A stretch of 64,000 nt of DNA from positions 2,852,001 through 2,916,000 of the forward strand of contig CATNEN010000033.1 of NCBI GenBank assembly GCA_950097015.1. The letters run 5' to 3'. The stretch comes from Macrostomum hystrix (Eukaryota > Animalia > Platyhelminthes). Below, piece by piece: positions 24,131 through 36,700 of the stretch. The number at the start of each line of letters is the position of its first letter. The stretch's first letter is position 1. Position numbers and translations under genes: made by a program. The notes beneath the pieces were generated by a model that had not been told where the DNA came from, made no database searches, and was given only the letters and a program-made list of their open reading frames with translations.

Positions 24131-24758
24131 TATATTATTACTAGAATTGAATTTATCTAAATCACACTCATTGCTAATCCCAAATAATTAGTTTTTACAT
24201 GACATTATGACTACATGACATGACATTTACATTTACATTTGTTCTTTGAGTAAATTTATTCTGGTGTATTGACTAGCACATTAATGAAGTGCAGCACATG
24301 GTCACTGCCTAGACAGGTTATATTCTTGTGATCCCAACTTTTCAATTGCAAGCATTCAAACTGTCTCATTGACAGTCTCGCCTGCGCAGCAATAGTCTCC
24401 CTACAACTTTCCTTCCCATTCTTTGCCACTCTAGATGCGCTTTTTCCTCTGGCCGAACTCGCTCCCCATTGGCTGCCGACCCTCTCCCCTCGCCCAGTTG
24501 CTTGGGTCGACATCGGCAAAACAGAATGTGCGGCGCACTTCGGAGTAAATAGATGGAAAGGGACTGTCTACGGTTAGAAAAATCACAGTTATAAAGTGTG
24601 CGCCCAAGATTGCCCTGGACCAATATTAGTTCCAGCTGTTTGCTTCACCTACCCATCCACATTCACTATAGCTCGGCGAGCCGCTTTTGCTTCGCTTTGC
24701 AGCCACCAGTCGATATTATTCAGTCTAGCCGGCCAATAGTGAGGCCTTCCGGTGTTGC

Positions 24759-27700
24759 ATGACCACATCCGGTGATACGCGCGGATCAGCCGCTTCGCCG
24801 CGTCGACCCGGCGGTGGCGGCGGCGGCGGCGGCAGTGTCAAGACGCAGACAGTCAAGGTGGTGCTGTTGGATGACACAGTCAATTCGTTTCAAGTGCCGG
24901 TGAGTTTTGGTGATAGAGTACAGAGAGAGATTCGTGATCGTCACAGAGCCTTTAGAGAATTAAATATTTTGTGTTTGCTTTTGGCACTATTAACTTGTAA
25001 CGCAGTTAATTTAACGATTTTCATAAATCTTAATTCGTAAATGAATGACGTTCTTTTCTAAGTGAAGTTAACTGTTACATATTTCAAGAATTTACTTCTG
25101 AAAACTGAGAGACTACAGATCTCTAGTTATGTACTTTAATTTTGGAAGTCGTTTTTCAGCACAATATTAGTCAAGGGCTTCTACTATCAGAAGGTTTTGT
25201 TTTTGAAAATCCAGCGATTTACATTTTTTTACGTTTAAATTTGTTTTTGGTCAACTGAATCTTGTTCCAAACACTAAGGCTTGTGTAGTTCCTATTTCAA
25301 GTGACCGTTACAACGGTTCTTTGCTGTCTCTGTAGCATTTCTCTGGTGCAAGATTTCCTGTCTATATTCCTAATACATGTGTTATATGAGCCTCCCTACT
25401 CACTGCTCTCTTCGCCCCGCGCGGTCTCTCCTCTCTGCTTGACTGCGCCTTCTTCAACAACGTCCAGTTGGTTTCAATGGTATCAACCCTAGGCCTGCGC
25501 GCCTAGTCTAGCTTGACATTAATGCACCCTGATGCCTTGCCAATGTCCCCCTGCCTCTCAGTGTCTCCGCTTCCTGACGGCTCAGCGGTCCGCACTACGC
25601 TCTGCCTGTCCCGTGAACTTAACTTTCCATCGTCTTATTTTTTATATTTTCCTCAATGGTTCGCCTAGCTGGTCATTTTCCCCTGCTTTCATAGTCTTGC
25701 TTACACCAGGCCCGCATGACATCAAGGCTTCAGTTCGTCAACTAAAAAGGACATCAAGGCTTCAGTTCGTCAACTAAAAAGGACATCAAGGCTTCAGTTT
25801 GCCAACTAAAAAGGACATCAAGGCTTCAGTTTGCCAACTAAAAAGGACATCAAGGCTTCAGTTCGCCAACTAAAAAGGACATCAAGGCTTCAGTTCGCCA
25901 ACTAAAAAGGACATCAAGGCTTCAGTTCGCCAACTAAAAAGGACATCAAGGCTTCAGTTCGCCAACTAAAAAGGACATCAAGGCTTCAGTTTGCCAACTA
26001 AAAAGGACATCAAGGCTTCAGTTCGCCAACTAAAAAGGACATCAAGGCTTCAGTTCGCCAACTAAAAAGGACATCAAGGCTTCAGTTTGCCAACTAAAAT
26101 GGACATCAAGGCTTCAGTTCGCCAACTAAAAAGGACATCAAGGCTTCAGTTCGCCAACTAAAAAGGACATCAAGGCTTCAGTTCGCCAACTAAAAAGGAC
26201 ATCAAGGCTTCAGTTCGCCAACTAAAAAGGACATCAAGGCTTCAGTTCGCCAACTAAAAAGGACATCAAGGCTTCAGTTCGTCAACTAAAAAGGACATCA
26301 AGGCTTCAGTTCTTGATCTAGCCTAATGGTTAGCTGGCTGAGGGGTTGTAGCCTGATAATGGCTAAATTTGAAGGTCGCGGCTTCGATTCCCGGCTCCAC
26401 TGGAACAATTTGTATCCTAAGAAGACACTTAACTCTGCATTGATTCATTTCGCACAGCTGTTGAATGGATGCCAGCATTAGCAGGGATAATTGAGGGTGG
26501 GTGTGGCGTGTCTCCAGTCCATGGACTGAAAAGTAGGGCTCATTTGACTCATTATAACTACACAATGTTTAGTTTCTGAAGTGATAAAAAACTGTGGATA
26601 CTGAGGCACAAGCGTGACAAAATACCAACACGGCACACGCGAGCACAACAGAGTGACGATCGTAATTAGCCTGTGGCGAGTTCGGGGATCTCCCGCTGCC
26701 AAGCATCCGTGATTCGCCCTTTTCTCGCCTTTTCGCTCGTCGCGATTTCGTTATCCGCCTCCCCGGCCTGATTGCGAGCCGTCTGACCCATCGCCTCAAA
26801 TTCGATTATCGATTAGCGCGACACGACAACCCGGGCGCGGGGGAGGTGGCCGTGGCGCTGAGCCCAACTGATTCTGGGCCCATCCTGTCTCGCCCTATGT
26901 GCCATCCCTTTCTAGTAATTTAATATGGCCCCTGATTATTAATGAACTCGCCAACAAGCCGCCCGCTTTCTCGGATCTCGAGAACCGGCCCCGGCGTCCC
27001 CTTAGTCAGCTGCAAAACAGCCACCTAGCCTGTGACTGCGAGAGTGCGGCTTCGGCGGAGCGTGACCGGGGTTCTTTATCCACCCAGCCAGCTCCCCTCC
27101 AGCAGGCAGGGATCCCCTTGGATTCTGAACACAAGCCGAAGCGGCTGATCTTACGGAATAAGAGAAACTGATGGCTCTAAGCCACTTCATACAGGATCTG
27201 CATGATGAATTGGCTGGATTGTTTACCTAGATTTTCCCTGGGACAAAAATCCTCGTCTCTATCTCTGACGACATTTTTCGCTTAGATAATGTCAACATTT
27301 TGCGCAGCGCTGGCAAAGGTAACTAAACAGAAATATTAAAATGTACTGGTGGCGTACTTTTTCTATAGCTCTGTAAGGCCCGGTATTTGTTAGAAACGGT
27401 CTACCTATTTTAAGGTCGCTTTCGTGCCGCCACCTTAAATGCCATTCATTATGCCATCTCCCCATTTCCATCTCACCTCTGCTCACAGTGCCGCGTTCCC
27501 GGCCAGGAATTGTTCAACGCTGTGGTGAAGAAGCTCAGGCTGCTCGAGATTGACTACTTCGACTTGGAGTTCCTGTCTAGAGAGGGCCGTCAGGTTTGTC
27601 AGCGCAGCATATCGGCTCACAGCGCTCCAGCTCACCCATCTACTCTTCTATCTACTCACCTGTCTACTCACCTATCTACTCACCTATCTACTCACCTATC

Positions 27701-30700
27701 TTCTCACCTATCTACTCACCTATCTACTCACCTATCTACTCACCTATCTTCTCACCTATCTACTCACCTATCTACTCACCTATCTACTCACCTATCTATT
27801 CACCTATCTACTCACTTATCTACTCACCTATCTACTCTTCTATCTACTCACCTATCTACCCACCTATCTACCCACCTATCTACTCACCTATCTACTCACC
27901 TATCTTCTCACCTATCTACTCACCTATCTTCTCACCTATCTACTCACCTATCTATTCACCTATCTACTCACTTATCTACTCACCTATCTACTCTTCTATC
28001 TACTCACCTATCTACCCACCTATCTACCCACCTATCTACTCACTTATCTACTCATCTAGCTACTCACCTATCTACTCACCTATCTACTCTTCTATCTACT
28101 CACCTATCTACTCTTCTATACTCTTCTATCTACTCTATCTATCTACTCACCTAGCTACTCACTGGCCTATTCTCAAACCTTCCTACTCACTCTGGGCATA
28201 TACTTGTGAATCTACATTAATGTATCCTTTTTAAATAGATTAAAATCTTTAATTTGAAGAATTTATTCCCATTATGTACGTCCGCTCCCGCAGTGCTGGC
28301 TAGATCACTCGAAGACGCTTCCAAAGCAGTGTCCGTCGTCCATAGAGCTGGTGTTCTATTTCTCAGTGAAATTTTATCCGCCAGATCCGCATCTGTTAGA
28401 GGATGAGTTCACCAGGTGAGCAGTGCTATAAGACAGGGAATATTAGCATTGCTACTTGTAGCAATTCGCTAATTTGCTTTTCTATTATAAGCGAAAATCA
28501 GTCATTGTATTATTTTCAAAACGTCGGTTCCAGGTTTCTGTTCTCATTGCAAATTAAACGAGACCTGATCAATGGCCTGCTGCCGTGCAGTGAGAATACA
28601 ACCGCTCTGCTGGCTTCCTACCTAGTGCAAGGTGAGATCGCGATTGAGGGAGGCAGTTGGGCTTTAGGTAAGGCAGGTAGTTATTTAGGTAAGGCAGGTA
28701 GGGATTTAGGTAAGGCAGGTAGGGATTTAGGTAAGGCAGGTATGGACTTAGGTAAGGCAGGTAGGGATTTAGGTAAGGCAGGTATGGACTTAGGTAAGGC
28801 AGGTATAGACTTAGGTAAGGCAGTTAGGGATTTAGGTAAGGCAGGTAGGGATTTAGGTAAGGCAGGTAGGGATTTAGGTAAGGCAGGTATGGACTTAGGT
28901 AAGGCAGGTATGGACTTAGGTAAGGCATGTAGGGATTTAGGTAAGGCAGGTAGGGATTTAGGTAAGGCAGGTATGGACTTAGGTAAGGCAGGTAGGGATT
29001 TAGGTAAGGCAGGTATGGACTTAGGTAAGGCAGGTATAGACTTAGGTAAGGCAGTTAGGGATTTAGGTAAGGCAGGTAGGGATTTAGGTAAGGCAGGTAG
29101 GGATTTAGGTAAGGCAGGTATGGACTTAGGTAAGGCAGGTATGGACTTAGGTAAGGCATGTAGGGATTTAGGTAAGGCAGGTAGGGATTTAGGTAAGGCA
29201 GGTAGGGATTTAGGTAAGGCAGGTATGGAATTAGGTAAGGCAGTTAGGGATTTAGGTAAGGCAGGTAGGGATTTAGGTAAGGCAGGTAGGGATTTAGGTA
29301 AGGCAGGTATGGACTTAGGTAAGGCAGGTATGGACTTAGGTAAGGCATGTAGGGATTTAGGTAAGGCATGTAGGGATTTAGGTAAGGCAGGTAGGGATTT
29401 AGGTAAGACAGGTAGGGATTTAGGTAATGCAGTTAGGGATTAGGTAACGCTTTAGGCTATGCGGTAAGGAGTCATGTACACAAGTGAGGATTAGAGAGGC
29501 TGGTAAGTAATGACCAAGAGCAGGTTGGGACTTGGAAGATGTAGAAGTTCGCATTGACTAAACGTTTTTAACTAATTATGCAGAGAAAATGGTAAGATAA
29601 AGGAAAGCTTGGCTGCAAAAGGGGATTTAGAAATAGAATTGCGCGCGCAAAGGGCAGCGAATGAAGAGCTGTTAAGGAGGGGCTATAGAAGAGAAGCATA
29701 TGGCGCGCATACACGTATGTTGTCCACAGATAAATATGAGCAGCTGGGGAGTTCTGCCCTGTGCTCCTATTTGATTAATTGTGTGAGGTGCGGCTGAGCC
29801 AGGCATTCCAGCTTATTGTGCTGGGGCTACTATTGCAGCTGGCTGCCTGACTGTAGGTGAGGCACTGATGAGGCAGTCCTCTTCTTTCCGTGAGTCCCCG
29901 TGTCCCCGCTGCCGCACTGGGGCAGTGAGCTGGGCACTGGCCCTGTGGTGCTTGGGAAATAAGCATGTAGAAAATAAATCCCATTTGTGCAGCGCTTGAC
30001 TGCGCTCAGTCCGCAGCGATTTTAACTCCGCCTCTACGCCAGAGCAGATGATATAGCTGCTGCAGTTTGAGAAGGCCTCCAATTATCCCTGTGAGCTAGA
30101 CTGTGGGAAGGGTTGGGGCAAAGGGAGGAGAGACACGAGGGAGAAAGTTCATGGCTTGCTTGGTCAAACTAAGTTCAAACTGCATAACCGGATGCGAATG
30201 GCGGTTTCGTATGCCAGTAGATGAGGCCAGAATTGTTTGCTGGGGTTCGCGAATGAACCTTTTCTGTCATCTGCTAATCCCTGGGTTGACATTTTTTACG
30301 GCAAGTTTTGTGTGTGAAGTAAATATTTATAGAATAATTTCGATTAGTACGTCGCCCAAAAAGTTGTTACGATTCCCAAGTTACCAAGTTACAAGGGACC
30401 ATGAAAACATGTCTTATAGAGATCTTTTAGCGACTAAAGCAACTGAAACACGACTCAATTACAAAGGACTCAAGCGCAGACGATTTAAATACAAACGGTT
30501 CAATCACAGACGACCTGAGCACAGACGGCGCAATCACAGAGTTCCTCATTAGGGTTCAGCATCAATTGTTCTTTAGCACAGCTATGACTTGCATCGTTTA
30601 GTTTTCGGAAATACCTGTACTTAAAAAAGCGAAATATCAGTTTAGGTACGTGCGTAGGTATATCTAGTCAAGAACTTTAATAGTGAAGTCTTATAAAATA

Positions 30701-33700
30701 CGAGGTTTTTTTCACGCTACCTGATTCCTACTTAACCTTTTAGTCCAGCCTTGCTTCCAGTGGAAGAAAAGGTTAGAAGCCACAAGGATAAGCGCTTTAT
30801 TGCCCGGTAGAAAGGCGCCACACGGAGGGAGCCGTCAGAGCTGCCTGAAGTCTGGCCATCTGCCAAATTTGGGCCTTGGCGCAGTCTGTGCCCCGTGTAC
30901 CTTCCACGCCAACTTCTTTCGCTCCCAAAAATCTTCCTACCCCTTCCTTCATCTCCTCTTCCAGCTGTTGTCTCGATGCGTGTCCGTATCGGCGCAGCTA
31001 GTAGGACAAAAACACAGCAAAATCTTACTAGACTGCCTTTAGTGTATTCGTTTAGCACCTTCAACTTATCTTGCCTATGCCCAGCTTAGCCGCCAATCAC
31101 CAATCCATTGTACTTTTCTGTACGCCACGCTGCGATTTTTTGCTGAAATATCTGGCCCTGTCAATTTTTACAGGGATGCTAGACCCTACAGACTGTGAAT
31201 ACTGGCTGCCTGTGAATAGTGGAATGTGAAAGCTCAGTGCTGACCGTTGTCAGGCCGCATGGATCAGCATGGCTGAAATTGTTGGGATGGCTTAGGATGG
31301 CTTCTTGCAGCATATAAAGAAATAAATTGTCAGATTTCATCACTTAAACCACAGTTTTCTCACGCCACAGACTTCTAGCACCCACTGTCTGACACCCAAC
31401 TGTCGGACACCCAACTATCTGATACCCCACTGTCTGACACCCCACTGTCTGACACCCAACTATCTGACACCCCACTGTCTGACACCCACTGTCTGACAAC
31501 CTACTCTCTTCCGACGCCTCTCTTCTGACACCCCGCTGTCTTCTGACGCCCCACTGTCTTCTGACACCCCGCTGTCTTCTGGCAACTCACTGTCTTCTTG
31601 CACCTCGCTGTGTTCTCACACTTACTTTCTTCTGACACCCCACTGTCTTCTGACACCCCACTGTCTTCTGACACCCCACTGTCTTCTGACACCCCACTGT
31701 CTTCTGACCCCACTGACACCCCACTGTCATCTGACACCCCACTGTCTTCTGACACCCGCTGTCTTCTGACACCCCGCTGTCTTCTGACACCCCACTGTCT
31801 TCTGACACCCCACTGTCTTCTGACCCCACTGTCTTCTGACGCCCCACTGTCTTCTGACGCCCCACTGTCATCTGACACCCCACTGTCTTCTGACACCCGC
31901 TGTCTTCTGGCAACTCACTGTCTTCTGACACCTCCCTGTCTTCTGACACATCCCTGTCTTCTGACACCTCACTCTCTTCCAATGCCACTCTTCTAGCAAC
32001 TCACTTTCTTCTGACATCTCACTGTGTTCTCACACCTCACTGTCTTCTGACACCCACTGTCTTCTGACACCCACTGTCTTCTGACACCCACTGTCTTCTG
32101 ACACCCACTGTCTTCTGGCAACTCACTGTGTTCTCACACCTGTCTTCTGCCACCCCACTGCATTCTGGTATTCCTATGATTGCTGCCCTACCTGCTTTCT
32201 CTGTTTTTCACGATCATGTTTTTTCAACCGTCATTTGCCGACTTTGATGATAAGCACTTTATAGCTGATAATAGTGCTATGTAACTCTTTCATCATTACC
32301 ATTAGAAATATTCTTGTCGCCTCGACCTCTCTCCCTTCACTCCAAATCCCAGCGGAGATCGGCGACTTCCTCGAAGACGAATACCTAGACGCGCTCTACC
32401 TGACCCAGGTGAAGGTGCTGCCAGAGCCGGTGTCCGACGAACTGCTCCGCAAAGTGATGGAGTATCACCGTGCTCACTTGTGAGTTTTCCTGTCCAAATA
32501 CACTGCGAGTCGCAATGTGCAGCCACTGCTGTCTTTAAAGATAACCAGAACTGCTTCTTACTGCCCGTTGTTCCACAGCGGCCTGTCTCCTGAAGACGCC
32601 GAGTACAGTCTGCTAGACACTGTGCGCAAGGTTGAGCTCTACGGTGTCCGCCTGCACGCTGCTAGGGTGAGTAGTCAGGCAAGGGGGAGATTTGCCATTC
32701 CGGATGGGTGAGATTTTGTGGCTGCCATATTGAGTAGGTGGGATTTTGTGGCTGCCATAGAGTAGGTGGGATTTTGTGGCTGCCATATTGGGTAGGTGGG
32801 ATTTTGTGGCTGCCATATTGGGTAGGTGGGATTTTGTGGCTGCCATATTGAGTAGGTGGGATTTTGTGGCTGCCATATTGGGTAGGTGGGATTTTGTGGC
32901 TGCCATATTGAGTAGGTGGGATTTTGTGGCTGCCATATTGAGTAGGTGGGATTTTGTGGCTGCCATATTGAGTAGGTGGGATTTTGTGGCTGCCATATTG
33001 AGTAGGTGGGATTTTGTGGCTGCCATATTGAGTAGGTGGGATTTTGTGGCTGCCATATTGAGTAGGTGGGATTTTGTGGCTGCCATATTGAGTAGGTGGG
33101 ATTTTGTGGCTGCCATTGCGGGTGGGTGGTATTTTGTGGCTGCCATATTGGGTTGGTGGGATTTTGTGGCTGCCATATTGGGTTGGTGGGATTTTGTGGC
33201 TGCCATTGCGGGTGGGTGGTATTTTGTGGCTGCCATATTGGGTTGGTGGGATTTTGTGGCTGCCATTGCGGGTGGGTGATATTTTGTGGCTGCGGTGAGA
33301 TTTCGTTACATGGTGAAAGACAGTAGTAACAACAGTTACCCTGTATTTTTGTGTTTCTTTTACTTCTCTAAGTTTCTCTGTCACAAAAGCCTTGGCGACA
33401 TCCGTACAGAAGGAGTAACAAAAGTGTAGCATTTCAACTCGTGCGCTGGTGAGTTTCAAGCCTCCTTAATGGCAGGCTAGAGTCCGTGGCGCTAAGCTTT
33501 CTCCTAGCTTAAGCCCGCAAATTGCGAGATCAATGAGACTCGGCCCGCGGTTTTGATTGACAGGCCCGACCCTAGGAAGCATTTCTAGACTGAGATCAAG
33601 CCAGTCAGTTCGCTTAGCAAACTGACTGGCTTGTGTCCATTGCGAACTGACATATTGTCCAGCCATGTGGCTCCTCATTGATTTCTGCTCAATTTGCCTG

Positions 33701-36700
33701 TGCTCAGTTGGACTAAAGGGGCTGCATCTCCCACTGCGCAATCTTCTGCCCAGTTTCCAGGTCAATGAGACTTCTATGGCTGCTCACTTTGTTGAGCAGG
33801 TACTCACTAGTCCGGCTGATTGTTCAGTGCACCACTGAAGCTGCAACTGGTTCAGCTTTAAATAAACTTTTAACTAAAATACCAGCATAATTTTTTAAAC
33901 CAGCACATTGGATGTGAGATTTTGAGACTGAAATACACTGTATGGTGAGATTTTTGAGACTAAAATACACTGTATGGTGAGATTTTGAGACTGAAATACA
34001 CTGTATGGTGAGTTTTTGAGACTGAAGCACTGTATGGTGAGATTTTGAGACTGAAGCACTGTATGGTGAGTTTTTGAGACTGAAGCACTGTATGGTGAGA
34101 TTTTGAGACTGAAGCACTGTATGGTGGGATTTTGAGACTGAAGCACTGTATGGTGGGATTTTGAGACTGAAGCACTGTATGGTGAGATTTTGAGACTGAA
34201 GCACTGTATGGTGGGATTTTGAGACTGAAGCACTGTATGGTGAGATTTTGAGACTGAAGGCACTGTATGGTGAGATTTTGAGACTGAAGGCACTGTATGG
34301 TGGGATTTTGAGACTGAAGCACTGTATGGTGAGTTTTTGAGACTGAAGCACTGTATGGTGAGATTTTGAGACTGAAGCACTGTATGGTGGGATTTTGAGA
34401 CTGAAGCACTGTATGGTGAGATTTTGAGACTGAAGGCACTGTATGGTGGGATTTTGAGACTGAAGGCACTGTATGGTGGGATTTTGAGACTAAAGGCACT
34501 GTATGGTGGGATTTTGAGACTGAAGGCACTGTATGGTGGGATTTTAAGACTAAAGGCACTGTATGGTGGGATTTTGAGACTGAAGGCATTAAAGGGTGAG
34601 ATTTTGAGACTGAAGGCATTAAAGTGTGAGATTTTGAGACTGAAGGCATTAAAGGGTGAGATTTTGATACTGAAGGCATTAAAGTGTGAGATTTTGATAC
34701 TGAATGCATTAAAGGGTGAGTATTGTTGAGTTTGGTTGCCTGTTGCCTTGATAACCCAGTGAGGATAAATTCGCTGACACAGTTGACCTCCTGCTCACAT
34801 TCGTCTGGCTTCCCTGCCCATGCCAAGTTGGGGCTTCACAGAATGACAGAAACATCAGACATCACTGGTGCAGAGGTATTTTGCCATTAATACCGATTTG
34901 ATTGCATAATGTGTTAATAAATCAGTGATATTTGTAAGATTTCTGTATCAGATATAAATTTCTGTGCTGTATTATACTCATGTTATCCGCTCTAGCCATA
35001 ACAGTATTTGAATAAAGTAACATTTTTACAGCTAAAAGTTGAAATCAAAATCCGCCGCCACCTCTGATCGATCTCTGCCACCCGCAGGATCATGACGGCC
35101 TGCCGCTGAACTTGGCCGTGGCCCACCCGGGCGTGCTGGTGTTCCAAGGCGCTGTTCGGGTCAACACTTTCAGCTGGGCCAAGGTTCGCAAGCTCAGCTT
35201 TAAGCGCAAGAAATTCTTAGTCAAACTGCACCCGGACACCTACGTGAGTCAAGCTTAGAGTGTGCGTCCTTGGGGTCCCTGTCAACCCAAACCCAAGCCC
35301 TTTCTTTAACAGAAATATGGTTTTTGTGACTGTTAAATGGGCTGCTATGGCGGCTGATCATGTTGCTATAGAATTCAATCAGGTTGCTATAGCATCTATA
35401 CCTGTTGTTTTAGAAGCTAATCAGGTTGCTGTAGCAGCTAAGCAGGTTGCTATAGCAGCTAATCAGGTTGCTATAGAAGCTGATCAGGTTTCTATAGAAG
35501 ATAATCAGGTTTTTATAGCAGCTAATCAGGTTTTTATAGCATCTAATCAGGTTTTTATAGCAGCTAATCAGATTGCTATAGCAGCTAATCAGGTTTTTAT
35601 AGCAGCTAATCAGATTGCTATAGCAGCTAATCAGGTTGCTATAGAAGCTGATCAGGTTTCTATAGAAGATAATCAGGTTTTTATAGCAGCTAATCAGGTT
35701 TTTATAGCATCTAATCAGGTTTTTATAGCAGCTAATCAGATTGCTATAGCAGCTAATCAGGTTTTTATAGCAGCTAATCAGATTGCTATAGCAGCTAATC
35801 AGGTTGCTATAGCAGCTAATCAGGTTGCTATAGCAGCTAATCAGGTTGCTATAGCAGCTAATCAGGTTGCTATAGCAGCTAATCAGGTTGCTATAGCAGC
35901 TAACCAGGTTGCTATGGCAGCTAGTCGGCATATAAGACTTGTTATGCAACTCGAATTTTGTGTATTCAGAATCGCTGCTCTTCCCAACGCGATTGATCCA
36001 GGCATTGCTGCTATTTACCGTATCTGGGCCAGCGCATTACACAGTTGAGAGAATGTCTCTGTAGTTAAGTGAATTGATTTCCCGTTCCGCTAATTAACTT
36101 TGTCTCTCCTCGCTTTTTCGATCTGGTCCCGTTTAATGTAGTAAAAAAGAAAGCTTTTGAAAGTTGGTTTAGGCTGGGCGACGAGCGTGTAGAAAACGAG
36201 TGAGCGAGGGTTAAATAAAACGGGGCGAATGATTTCCCCTGAAGCCCTGCCTCCCTCACACTCTCACTGTAGACTGAGATGCCGATGCCGTTTTGCAACC
36301 CTAAAATTGTTGAGACTACTCTGTGTGTTGTGTGCCCTGGAAACCTCCTCACTCTGCTTCTATCTCACTTTCCCTTCGGGGCGGGCCCGGCCCGAACTTG
36401 CTGGACATTTGCCGGCCGAGAGAATTTTATTTTGTCGTCTCCCATCACCCACGCACTCCATTCCCCTCTAGTCCAGTTTCCCCTTTCCCTTCATCTTCTC
36501 TCCTCTCCATCTAAAACTTCGCCCCTTTCGGCCCTCGCCTCCCCTCCCCGCTCCCTAATTCCCTCTCAATCCCGCGGCCAATTTCTCCAAATTTCGGCCT
36601 CATCCTGTCCCCGCGTCAGCCTCGGATAGACGTAGGGGCTGGACAACATGGGAGCTTTGAGAGTTATTGGGATAAGCGAAGCCTGAGGGGAGGCTGGAAA

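Noticed and set aside
25718-26311. 32-bp repeats here and at 3655..4107 have CRISPR-like length
   Set aside because: The units are head-to-tail with no unique spacers, there are no cas genes, and the context is a eukaryotic intron.
28662-29446. TTAGG motif suggesting an interstitial telomeric repeat
   Set aside because: TTAGG occurs only once per 21-nt unit and never as a (TTAGG)n or (TTAGGG)n run.
29600-31100. Short ORFs in FARP intron 4 suggesting a gag-like insertion
   Set aside because: No zinc knuckle, LTR, PBS or other diagnostic feature could be identified.
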